Below, one piece after another: positions 12,431-24,243 of a stretch of 64,000 bases of DNA. This stretch comes from Dipteris shenzhenensis (Eukaryota): the NCBI GenBank assembly GCA_047967505.1, contig CM106538.1. One strand, written 5' to 3'. Every line of letters starts with the position of its first letter. Position 1 is the first letter of the stretch. The notes below the pieces were generated by a model. The model made no database searches. It was given only the letters and a program-made list of their open reading frames with translations, and had not been told where the DNA came from. The position numbers were made by a program, and so were the translations under genes.

Positions 12431-13920
12431 GGAATAAGAAGAACCCTGTAGATTCTAGAGTATAAAAGTGTAACGATTTCACAATTATAAAAGTGCTGTG
12501 TGCAAAATGTCCATACAAGAGTAGGTTCTTCCAAACCATTTGTCAAAAAATCATCAAACTTGAATAGCAAAGATTGCTTATGTCTTAAATGTTATAAAGC
12601 ATTTTATTCATTACTGAAGCACATGAAGGGGAAAGGTTGGTAGAGGTAGTCAAGGAGGACACACAACCTGTAGTAAGGTAACATGGGAAATGCAACGTGC
12701 AACAAGGTGGCAATGAAAATGCGATAGAGAGATAGGCGAGGAGTAAATGCAAAATACGACCACGTGCAAAGGAGGTGAAGAAGGGTTGGCCATGGAAGGA
12801 AGCATTGAGTATATAGATTCTAAAGGGAGTAGCTACGACAAAAAGGGCAAGCACGATGGAAACTAGCGGCTTGCAAAAGGAAGAGTCACGCTTGCAACAT
12901 AGGCTAGTCATGGAGCACAACGATGGTTTGAATGAAGCAAAAGAGAGTCACGTTAGCCACACCACGAAGCACAGTTGAATCACCCACAGCAAGATTGCCC
13001 ACCATGACTACTATGTTAAGCATACATACAAGGTCCTCACGTTGAGGAGCTGGCTAGAAAAAATGATTTCAACAACGATAAGTCACAGTAACCCAGAAGG
13101 GTAGAATAAGAGACAGCCATGAAGAGAATGAGACACATCGAACCAGGTCCAACTAGACATTGATAAAGAAAACTAGATTGAGAAGAGTGGAAGAAAATAC
13201 AAGGTGACTAAGTAGAATTCAAGGCTTTTACAAGGAAGAGCATATTGAGGAATCTTGCAAAGAATGTGCGATGGTGCATTGATCAACATAGTACCTATGA
13301 AGGGAAGGTGAGAGGGGTGGCCGTAAGATCTCCAGAGAGATTTATACATGTTGGTCTCTACACAATTTGTAGGTACCTCCAAGGGGAGACCTCATTTGTA
13401 GGGGACCTCTTGGATGAGAGTCCCTCCACATTTTGGGGAGACCTCTTGGGTCTCTACAAAAATTGGGGGAACCTCTTGAATCCCTACACTTTTTGGGGTG
13501 ACCTCAAAAAGTGTAGGTTTTTAGTATTTCTCTTTCTAGTTTTAGTATTTCTCTCTCTAGATCGTGATTTTGCAAGCATGAATGGATCATTTCTAGAGAG
13601 GATTTTGGCTATGCCCATCCTTTTAGATTCATCATACCATCTTTCAGACTGAAGATATTACAAGGGGAGCTTCGTTGCTACTCTACACACACAATGATCT
13701 CATCTTTGTTGCTCTAGAGTGCACTTTTGGCCCTTCTTGCCACAGGTTTAACAACTCCCTCAGGCCAATTTGATTACCCATCCTCGGGTTACGGTTGAGT
13801 CTATAGATGATGTTGTGATGCGATAGTTTTTCCCCAATGAGTATAGTAAAGGTGGCATCGGTGAGATAGATGGATTGAGCTTATTGTTGATCTTTTCGTT
13901 GTAATCCATGAACACCATAG

Positions 13921-14219
13921 ATCAATTGCTCAGTTTTTAAGAAGCCTGTGTCAACCATTTCTTCAAACAAATACACCTATCGCCCTTAAAGAGATATGGA
14001 TCTTTGAAAGAGGAAATTGCTTGTTTGCACATCTATCTATCCATTCAAGTTGAAACTGAGTGTGGGTAGATGGTCATCAATGGTGAGGGAAACCTCCAAG
14101 ATTATTGCTAGAGATTCAGTGTATTTGGTGCTTTCCTTGAGTGTTTTATCATAGCTACCTCACATCTGTGACGCATGCTTGTCCAAGGCTCTAATAAGTG
14201 TTTCTTGGCTTGTCCATTT
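13921..14219 (-). pseudogene. Unidentified TE-associated ORF remnant, copy 2 (probably extends to about 14950 and resumes at 22481-22926)
   Basis: Translates to TLIRAL...LAIILEVSLTIDDHLPTLSFNLNG*IDVQ...LFQRSISL...LFEEMVDTGFLKTEQL; all stops explicable as C>T changes. Confidence 0.6.
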
Positions 14220-14969
14220 GACCTTGGAGTATCTATTTATTAGGGGGCAATTTTTAGGAGCATCTTCCTTGTTTGGATCATGCCAATTGGCATCCCACCG
14301 GTGGTGACAGGGTACCACATCAAATGTGGGAAAGGAAGATGGACCTTGTAAATGGACAAAGAGGTACTTTCCTTTGAGCTGTTTTGGTCTACGTCATGTA
14401 GTTGTGGCTCCAATTCGTCATTTATGTCTGGAGAGATTTGTGCTTGGAGAAGGTGTATGGAAATTCTAGAGAGATCCCATCCTCCTCTTAATTGCATATC
14501 TAGGAATTGCCTCCAAAATTAACCTATGGGATTACTAGGCATGGGAATCCTGTCTATATCCTCATCCAACTCCCATGTGAGTGTTTGATTAGGATTAGCT
14601 AAATTGTGAAGGTCATTGTTGGAATCATTGATGGCACTTTCCATTGGAGATTCAAATGAGATCTGAGGAATATGTGGTTGTGGGGGAGAGGAAGAGGTAG
14701 GGGCAAACATGAGGTGGCATAAGTAGTGAATTAGAGAAGGGGGAAGCACGGATGTGGGTGGGAAGTGGAGAGTAGGGCAAATGGATGTAGCGACTTGATA
14801 ATACTCGAGGTATAGAAGTGTTGCATTAGGTTTTAGTCATATGAGTTTGCATGCATGGAGAGACAAAAGACATTTTTCTCATCCTCATGCACATTGGAGT
14901 AATGCCCTAGGCACGAGTTGCAGACGCGAAGAGGTAGGGGACCAACAGCCCAATGCAGTGCGTCCATGG

Positions 14970-15226
14970 TGACAAAATATGAAGAGGGGAGAGGAGAAGA
15001 GTGGAGATGAGGAGAGAGCGCACAGCTAGAGAGCACACCACAAATGACTAAATGTACACTAGATTTAGTTGAAAAAATAGAATATATACAAACCCTTTTA
15101 GGGTTAGGGTTAGGGGATCTAACCCTTTCCTTTATAGCACTCTATAAGGTTAGTGGTATGCACATATGATCACGTGATGGTGCTATGCACACATGATCAC
15201 ATGATGTTGAGCATGAACTCTCAACA
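14970..15226 (-). repeat. 3' LTR of Copia B1
   Basis: Direct repeat of 22219-22475, 23902-24158 and 30492-30748. Confidence 0.95.
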
Positions 15227-15314
15227 CCTTCCCTCAAGATCAATATCATGAAGTAGGCCTTCCCTCAAGATGATGATTCTGGGGAATCGAAGAAGGACTG
15301 AGCATTACATTCCA

Positions 15315-18300
15315 TCACACCCCTTTAATGGGAATGTCCTTCCTCTGTGTCAAACCAAGAGCTAGTCGGTGTTTCTCGAATAGCTCTTTACCGAGTGGTT
15401 TGGTAAAGATGTATGCAACATTTTCTTTGCTATCACAATGCTGCAATGTGATGTCACCAAATAACACCCTTTCTCTGATGAAGTGCTCTTTGACATCAAT
15501 GTGCTTTGTCCTGGAGTGATATACTAGATTTTTGGCCAATGCTTGAGCTGATTGATTATCACAGTATATTGTTGTTGGCTTTGACTCATCAAAGTAATCT
15601 ATTTTTGACAATAGTCTTCTGAGCCATATAGCCTCACATGCACTTGTAGTGAGTGCTCTATATTCTGCTTCAGTCGAAGACAAAGAAACAATTGGCTGTT
15701 TGTTTGAAAACCATGATATAGCACCTTGACCAAGGAAAAATGCATATCCCTGTGTCGATCTCCTAGTCTCATGATCTCCGGCATAGTCACTGTCAGTATA
15801 TCCATGCAACCATGGATGACTTCCTCTATATTCTATCCCAAAGTGTCTTGTACCTTCATGTATCTTAAGACTCTTTTGGCTGCATTCCAATGAGACTGTT
15901 TTGGATTTGCCATAAACTGTGCTAGTGAGCTTACTGCATAACAAATATCTGGCCATGTGATTGTTAGATATATAAGAGATCCGATGAGCTGCCTGTAGTA
16001 TCTGTCATTGACTGTAGGCTTTTCTGAATCTTTAGTAAGTTTCAAACTCTGTTCCTTGGGAGTGGCTACAATCTTGCAATCTACCATATGAAACTTCTTC
16101 AGGAGACTGTCAACATACTTGAGCTGACTCATGAATGTGCTATCTAAATCTCTCCAGAACTCAATTCCAAGACAATAGTGCATAAGTCCAAGATCTTTCA
16201 TGTCGAACTCTGCAGATAAGTCTTGTTTCAATTTTCTAATGAAGCTATCCTTGCTTCCTGTCACAATCAGATCATCTACATACAAAAGTGCAATAATAAT
16301 GTCTTCCCCTTGAACTTTGTAGTAGAGAGTATGAGCTGCATTGGATTTCATGTATCCTAGATCATCAAAATACTTGTTAATTCTGCTGTACCAACTTCTG
16401 GGTGCTTGTTTTAAGCTATAGAGACTTTTCTTGAGATGGCAAACCTTTTTCTCCTTTCTTGGTTCAACATAACCTGCTGGTTGTTGCATGTAGACTTCCT
16501 CGTCTAGATAACCATTGAGAAATGCATTCTTAACATCAAGCTGATACAAATTCCATATGTGAGTGTCACTAGTGATATCAAGAACCGTATGGAATCCATC
16601 TTTGCTACTAGAGCATAAGTCTCATCATAGTCTTGATATTGTTGTGCAAATCCTTTCGCAACTAATCTGGCTTTATATCTCTAAATACTGCCATCTGGAT
16701 TGTACTTTACTTTGTATACCCATTTGTTGGCTATGGCCTTCTTTCCTAGTGGAAGGTCGCATAATTCCCAAGTGTTATTTTTATAGAAAGTATCCATTTC
16801 TTCATTCATAGCAGTTTGCCATTCTGGCTTGTCTACTCAATCTTCGAAGTACACTGGCTCTTCTGTAGCCATGATGGTAGTCATAAGAGCATAGTTGGTG
16901 GTTTCCACCTAAATTGCTTTGCCTTTTTGAGCATATGTCAATCTAGCTGGAGGTCTGCTTTCCCTGGTAGACCGTCTGAGCTGCTGTGCCTCTGCTTGGG
17001 GTGTTGCTGGAAATTCTTGCTCTTCTTCATCAACCTGTTCTATAGATGACTGTGAAGTCGATGCTTCTATATCCTGTGTAGGTGAGGTTTTCCATTCTGA
17101 TTCCTCATCAAAGATTGCATCTCTGGAGATAATGACTTTGTGGTTGATGGGATCATACAATTTGTATGCTTTGCTTTCTTCACTGTAGCCAACCATGATG
17201 CATTTGCGTCACTTCGCATCCAATTTCCTGCGATGATCATCATGTATGTGAGCATATGCTATGCAACCAAATATGCAGAGATGCCCAATGCGTGGCTTGT
17301 GTCCAGTGAATGCTTCATAAGGAGTCATACCTTGTATCGGTTCGGTAGGAAGCCGATTAAGCAAGTAGTTTGCTGTAGCTATTGCTTCTACCCAATACTG
17401 ATTTGGAAGATGTTTTTAATTAAGCATTGCTCTAGCACTGTCTGCTAAAGTCCCATTCTTCCTTTCAGCTCTTGCATTCTACTGAGGAGTATCTGCACAT
17501 GTGAATTGCCTTTGAATGCCGTGATTTTTGCAAAAGTTCATGAATGCTGAAGACATGTATTCACCTCCTCTGTCTGATCTCATGACCTTGATCTTTCTGC
17601 CTATTTGGTTTTCTACCATGGCTTTGAATTTTTGAAATCTGGAAAACACTTCAGATTTCTCTTTCAAAAAATAGACCCAACAATATCTACTGTAGTCGTA
17701 GATGAAGGTCAAGTAATAAAGTGAACCATTGATGCTTCGGGTCTGGGCATAACCCCATACATCTGTATGAATCAAATCAAGAATACCTCGTGCACGAGAG
17801 GTACTTCTGACAAAGTTGGTTCGCTTTTGTTTGTGGAAGTAGCATGCTTCGCAAACCTTTCCAAGAAACTGTAGCTTCAGAATCCCAATTGCCATATTCT
17901 GATTCCTGAGATCTAACAAGCACTTGAAGTTGACATGACCATATCTCTTGTGCCATTTGGCAGATAGTGGCATCTGTTGCATTGGAGCTGACATGGCATG
18001 CTTATCTGGTACTGTAGCTAGCATTCTATATAAGCATCCTTCCTTGACACCACTAGCTGACATCTTTTAGATTTGTCTCTGATAGTGCATTCATCACCAT
18101 CGAAAATGACTTTGTAGTTGTGTTCCATCATTTGACCTACTGACAAAAGGTCTTGCTGAGCTTCGGAACATAGAGCACATCTTTGACTAATCCTTTTGTA
18201 CCAGTGAAATTGTTCATAGGGATAACACCTGTCCCTTGAACCGCATTCGGTGTATTGTCTGCTGTGTAGATGACATTTTTCTGTCCTTCTAATGGTTTCA

Positions 18301-19567
18301 TCTCTGTGAACCATTCTTGATGATTTGTCATATGAGATGATGCACCGCTGTCGATGTACCAAGGATCCTATTCCACTTGGTTGACTTGATAGCTGAAATC
18401 CTCTTTGGGATTGAAATCAGTGTCTAGGTGCATTGTATCAGTCTGATGCGATTCCTCGCTTGCAAAAAACATATTTCCATGTTCATTTACAAAATGACTG
18501 ACTAGAATGTCCACCACAATGATTTCCTGTACCTCGAGAATTCCCGCGATTACTGCTAGATTGACCGCCTTGGTTGTATTGCTTCTTGCAACAATCTGTT
18601 TCATAGTGTCCAAACTTGTGGCAGTAGTTGCACTGGATGTTTGACACATTGGTGGATGCATTCCCTCGTCCTTGAAATCTTCCTCAATTGGAATGATTTC
18701 CTCTTTGCTGATTATGATGTTGTTGAGGATGATGTTGATGCTGATGCTGATTGTGACTTTGATTTTGTTGATGATGACCACTTTTTTGGTGTGATCTACC
18801 TCTATTTCTGCCTTTGCCTCTGCTTCTATCTGAAGCTGTGAATGCCTGATCATTAGAATGACCTTTATGTGCTTGAATGGCTTGAGCCCTAAGTTCTTCA
18901 CCAAGTAGAACTGACTGAAGTTCTTCCAGTGTCGGAATTTGCCATTGGATGGCAATACTCTGGACTAGATTCTCATATCCCTCTCCTAGTCCATTCAGGA
19001 TTACTTGAACCATTTTTGTGGGGTTCATAGTTTCTCCTGCTGCTGCAAGTTGATTGTTGTAGTCTTTGATGCGGAGTACATAAGCATGACCGGTTTCACT
19101 GTTGTTGCAAAAACTCTGGTTGATCTGGTTTCTCACGGTGAGAATCCTGGATGTGTTCTTGGACTCGTAGAGAGCTGCGAACATATCCCATGCTTCTTTC
19201 AACGTCTTGACTGTGTTGAGCTGTCCTAGCATGACATCTTGCACATTTCGCTTGATCAGGTGATAGGCATACTTGTCTTTCTTATCCCATTTTTTGCTTG
19301 AGCTCGGGCAATGGCAAGATCTGCTACTGGTGTGGAAACTATTTGTGTAGATGCAGATCCCGTTGTAGATTCCGTTGCTGGTGTTGAGACAACAGATGGA
19401 GTAGAGCTACTGGTGGCTAGATTGTCCAATGGTCTAGGTGTAGACCCATCGACGTACTCCCATTTGTCCTGAAGCACAAGAATGGTCTCCATTCGGTATT
19501 TCCATGTACCGTAATTGGAGTTGTCTAACTTAGCAGATGCCTCCAGATTGAGGTTACTAGTCGACAT
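15315..19567 (-). pseudogene. Disrupted gag-pol of Copia B1
   Basis: Gag AKLDNSNYGTWKYRME, protease WYIDSGASSHMT, integrase LIHTDVWG and RSDRGGEY, RT LYVDDL, RNase H TKHIDVKEHFIRE; many frameshifts and stops. Confidence 0.95.
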
Positions 19568-20344
19568 GGTGCAAGAAATGTACTCAAAAGTGTCGTGAAG
19601 ATCTCTGTATGAATCAACTGCAAATACACTGAATATGCTAAGTGAAATCTCTGTACCGTCACTGAAGATAGAACTGCAATATATAAAATCTGATCTGTAT
19701 TACAAGGCTTGTGGCAATGATGCTAGGAATAGCCAAGAGGCTTTACAAGGCTGAAATGATGTGCACGATGCCGTGAGATAGCCAAATAGGCTTTACAATG
19801 GTGGCATGTGTGTGTGAAATTAAATGCTATCTGCCCACTGAATCAATCTGCAATGCCTCTGTACTCTGAAGTCTGCTCACTAAACTAATGAACGTAAGGT
19901 TTCAGGTAATGTAATGATGTGAAACCGTATGTGAGCATATGGATTCGAGTAGGTACTAGTCGAGAATTTCGGGCATAGCTTAGATTGGCAACTTGGGGAA
20001 ATTCAAAGCGTCCCCTCTATGGCGATCTAGTCTACTCTCATCTAGATCTAAACCAACTGTCGATCGATGAAAGAACATCAAATAAATCCTTTTCTTTTGT
20101 TTTTTTAAAGTGCTGGGTCAGATGCGTCGATGTAGAGGCAAACGTGCGTGAAGGAATTGGTTTTGTCGGCAAGGCTCAAATGTGAGTGTAACTTGCACCA
20201 AAATGTGTGCATGATGTGACGAGCGCGTAGAGCACGAAAAAACGAGTGACTTTCCTTTTTGGAACGCCTTCAAATTCTTCCTGGATCAAGCGATATGACT
20301 TGATCTAGGTGGAGGGGCAAAAGGAGTGCAAATGGTGCTCAATG

Positions 20345-20910
20345 ATGATGTGTCACTGAGTCACATGCAGTGATGATGTGGCACTGTGCTTAGCAAGAGG
20401 TGTGCTAGTGAAGCCTTGTGCTGAGGTGGCAGGAGTGGTCACATGAAGTGCCTGTGGAGCACTGTGTGTGCCTGCAGAGGTCAGTGCTGATTGGACAGCT
20501 GAGGTGGCACTGCTGAGGTGGCAGAGGTGACGTGGTAGTGATGATGTGGCTTGATGACATGGTTTGATGATGTGGCCTGATGACATGGTACCAATGACAT
20601 GGCCTAATGATGTGGCACAGGTGATGTGGCTATCGATGATGATGTGGCAGTCATTAATGATGTGGCAACTAAGCTGGCAGTGATGATGTGGCAGTGATGA
20701 TGTGTCTTGATGGATAAGATGATGTGGCACTTGATGGTGACATGGCAGATAAGGTCTGCCATGTGGCTAACTGTGGATCAACCAGTTAACCCAAGGTCAT
20801 CTTCAGCGGACCCTAGTTCTATCCTATCTGCCACATGTCTGACTGCTGGAGTCTGCTGATGTGGTAGACGAAATGCCACATGGCCTCGACAGCAAGATGA
20901 CATGGCTTGT
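20345..20910. promoter_or_regulatory. Array of about 20 TGACGTGGC-derived motifs (G-box/ABRE/hex-like) in the B1 leader
   Basis: Repeated GATGTGGC, GACATGGC, GAGGTGGC and GACGTGGT; the first two are the CpG-deamination products of GACGTGGC. Regulatory function is inferred. Confidence 0.55.
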
Positions 20911-21498
20911 TAGAATCTCCTAGATGCTGATGAAATCTTTGAGATTTCGTTGTCTTCTCCGAAGCTAGAGCCGTTGTTGGTTGGACGTGCGTTGTTGTGC
21001 ATGGGCACTTTGAGGAGCCACGCTGGAGTTGGCTATGAAGCTTGTCTGTGCACGGAGGAGCCGACGTCGTGAGAGCAGCGCATTAGGTGAGTTGTTCGTT
21101 GGTTGAGTAGCCACATGGGCTCTAACGGATGGCGTTGTGTTGGAAAGGGAGCTTGTTGGTGATCGGACGTTGTTGCATGAGATGAGGGAGCTGCCTCTCA
21201 TTCGGAGGTTTGCGTAGAGCTTGTGGGCTAGCTGTGAGGAGACGCTTGCTATTGAAGGCCCGTGAGCACCTTCGTGAACTGGGCTCATTGGAGTCGGCTC
21301 GTAGGAGCATTGTAGTTGCACTGCCTTGTCGCCCGTGATCGTTGAAGGCTCTGAGGGGCTAAGCGAGTCGTTGAAGATTCCGTCGGAGGCTATAGCCCGT
21401 GAGCGAGTCGGTGGTGCTGGGCTTGTAGGAGTTGTAGGTAATGCTCGTAGCTTTGGCGCTATTTGCTGGAGCAGGCCCGTTGGCTCTGGTAGGCCAAA

Positions 21499-21923
21499 TC
21501 CTCCTCCTCCCTCGCTGGCCAAATCTCCCTCAAACCCCAAAATGAGCTCGCTTCCAAGATCGGTAGCCTCGGTGAAGCCCATATCTCCATGAGAAAATCC
21601 ATCTCCAAGGTCTCTGATAGCCCCTAATATGGCCTTGACCGCGTGAAATACCTCGGCCCCTTCTCTGGTGAGGCCCCTAGCTACCTCACTGGTGAGTTCC
21701 CCGGTGACTATGGCTGGGACACCACTGGGCTCTCTGCTAACCCCGAGACCTTTGCCAAGAATCATGAGCTTGAGGTCATCCACTGCAGATGGGCTATGCT
21801 CGGAGCTTTGGGCTGTGTCACCCCTGAGCTTCTGTCCAAGAATGGAGTCAAGTTTGGCGAGGCTGTGTGGTTCAAGGCTGGTGCCCAGATCTTTGCTGAA
21901 GGCGGGCTTGACTACCTCGGTAA
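21499..21923 (+). pseudogene. LHCB: Captured fragment of a light-harvesting chlorophyll a/b-binding protein gene (Lhcb1/2 type), antisense to B1
   Basis: In frame: [140 protein letters not shown]. Lacks start codon and C-terminal half; conserved W codon is TAA at 21625. Confidence 0.97.
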
Positions 21924-22218
21924 AGAGTTGCCAAAATTCCTATCTCTCTTTCTCTCAAAACCAGTAGAGCATTAAGCGCTCTCTCTCACAATAAGAATGT
22001 CTCACAAAATGAATTAAAATCCTCACAAGGAAATTACTCAATCTCACACAGACGGAAATCTCTCTCAATGAACATAAATTTCTATCAAAGAAATGAAAGG
22101 TGGTCTCTTACCGGAAGTGGACTCTCACGGAGAACACTCAAGAGAACTCTCAATCTCACACTCTCTCTCACAAGAAGGATGGCGCCTCAGCAGAAGGCAA
22201 AACCATGCTTTGATACCA

Positions 22219-22475
22219 TGACAAAATATGAAGAGGGGAGAGGAGAAGAGTGGAGATGAGGAGAGAGGGCACAGCTAGAGAGCACACCACAAATGACTAA
22301 CTGTACACTAGATTTAGTTGAAAAAATAGAATATATACAAACCCTTTTAGGGTTAGGGTTAGGGGATCTAACCCTTTCCTTTATACCACTCTATAAGGTT
22401 AGTGCTATGCACATATGATCACGTGATGGTGCTATGCACACATGATCACATGATGTTGAGCGTGAACTCTCAACA
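22219..22475 (-). repeat. 5' LTR of Copia B1
   Basis: Adjacent to PBS (plus strand GCTTTGATACCA) and TSD CATGG. Confidence 0.95.
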
Positions 22476-23269
22476 CATGGTGCCCAAGGGCACACACAAT
22501 CTGATGGTGCCTAGCTCGAGGGCGGCTGCGGCACCCAAGGGATGTGTGGCAAAATCACTATACCTGAGGATCACATGGTTCTCGAGGGATTTGAGTGGTC
22601 AAGGGGGATGTATGAGGGGTTAGAGGGGGGTGGCATAGTGACTAGGAAAATTTAGCTTGTTAGCATAAGAAGTACGTGATTGAAAGAAGTGAAAAGGAAA
22701 GCTAGAGATATTCACCTCTTTTGCTGAGTTCAAATCAAGCAACCATGTGTACTTTCTCTTCATCCACCAACCTCTCTCTGATCGGGTCATGTAAGTCCAT
22801 CTCTTCATCATCATCAACTAGTACATTATGATCTTCGAGGTCATCATCCATGTCATCAGTCTCCTTGTGCTCTACCTCTTTTTCATAGCCTATGGTTAGA
22901 TATGCTTGAAGCTGAAAATAGGCCATGAAATGGGAGGTGAAGGGAACTGTAGGATGGTATCCTCTTAGTAGAGGGTATTTGGCACATCTAATTTTCCAGG
23001 TAAGAAAGCCCTAAACCCCAGAATTTTAGCCTCTCGATTAAAAATTTCCAATATTTTATATTAATATATAAATATACCTTCAATAAAAACATCCGTGATG
23101 GCGTCGATGGCAACATGCATCCTGCCATGACTTGCAAGCAAAGGAGACAGAGGCTACAGGATAGGAAAGCCAAAAAGCTTGGTCAAGGCACAAGGAACAA
23201 ATTGCAGGTTGAGGAAAGCAATGACACAGTATCAAAATAGCAAAATGGCAAACACTTTTGCAACATTTG

Positions 23270-23545
23270 CGAAGAGAGGGTGGGAGAAAATGGAAGGGGA
23301 GAAGGAGAGAATGGAAAGGGGAGGACTATGGGACAGAATGGAAGGGAGGGATGTGAGGGACAATGGAAGGAGGAGAGGTAGGAACCGAAGGGGGGATGTG
23401 GGAGAGAACGGAGGGGGGGTTACGGAGAGAATGGAGAGGGGATGAGAGAGAGGGAGGGGTGGAAGAGAGAGGAAAGGGTGGAAAGGGGGTGTTTTAGGGT
23501 GGAGAGAGGAAAGGGGTGGGAATGGAAGGAGAGCGGGGGAGAGGG
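23270..23545. repeat. GA-rich low-complexity tract
   Basis: Purine-rich degenerate GGAGAG/GAAGG units; similar tract at about 30890-31510. Confidence 0.7.
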
Positions 23546-24243
23546 GATGCTTGGGGTGCCAACTCCCTTTAGTAATAAAACCCATCAAAATCTTGAGTTT
23601 GAGATGGATTTAGCAATATGCCATGAGTAGAAATCATTCAAATTAACATGGTTGTGTTCTACACTAAAAGAGCTTCAAATATGTCTTTACACCTTGAAAT
23701 TTGTGTGACACATGAAAAAGTTACATTAATTTGAACGGAGATGGTTTTTCATATTTTAGTGTATTTTTCTTTTTACCCCCCCTCGTCCAAAAGACACCCC
23801 CCTCCCCCCCGCTTGGGCCTCACATATTATGAAAAATATGTACAAATCTTAAAATCTTGCATATTTTTCAAGGTATATACCTTATATTTTGAGGGTGGGG
23901 GTGACAAAATATGAAGAGGGGAGAGGAGAAGAGTGGAGATGAGGAGAGAGGGCACAACTAGAGAGCACACCACAAATGACTAACTGTACACAAGATTTAG
24001 TTGAAAAAATAGAATATATACAAACCCATTTAGGGTTAGGAATAGGGGCTCTAACCCTTTCCTTTATAGCACTCTATAAGGTTAGTGCTATGCACATATG
24101 ATCACGTGATGGTGCTATGCACACATGATCACATGATGTTGAGCGTGAACTCTCAACATCTTCCCTCAAGATACACATCATGAAGTAGGCCTTCCTTCAA
24201 GATGATGATTCTAGGGAATCGAAGGACTGAGCATTACATTCCA

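Larger units (their letters stand above)
14970..22475 (-). mobile_element. Ty1/Copia LTR retrotransposon, family B copy 1, carrying an LHCB fragment
   Basis: 257-bp LTRs at 14970-15226 and 22219-22475 (5 mismatches by eye). Perfect TSD CATGG (14965-14969, 22476-22480). PBS at 22207-22218, PPT at 15227-15237. Copia domain order on the minus strand. Confidence 0.97.

Noticed and set aside
15097-15115. Interstitial telomere or chromosome fusion scar
   Set aside because: Only three units, at the same position in each family-B LTR, so part of the element
20345-20910. CRISPR-like repeat-spacer array
   Set aside because: Repeats are 8-9 bp, degenerate and irregularly spaced; no cas genes; eukaryotic TE context
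21643-21975. 110-aa ORF as a functional LHCB gene
   Set aside because: No start codon, in-frame TAA upstream, truncated after GGLDYLG, and inside an LTR element
12590-22986. Long solo LTR (TGTTATAAAG...GGCACA) enclosing the unknown ORF and B1
   Set aside because: Candidate ends have no matching TSD and there is no second full copy to confirm boundaries
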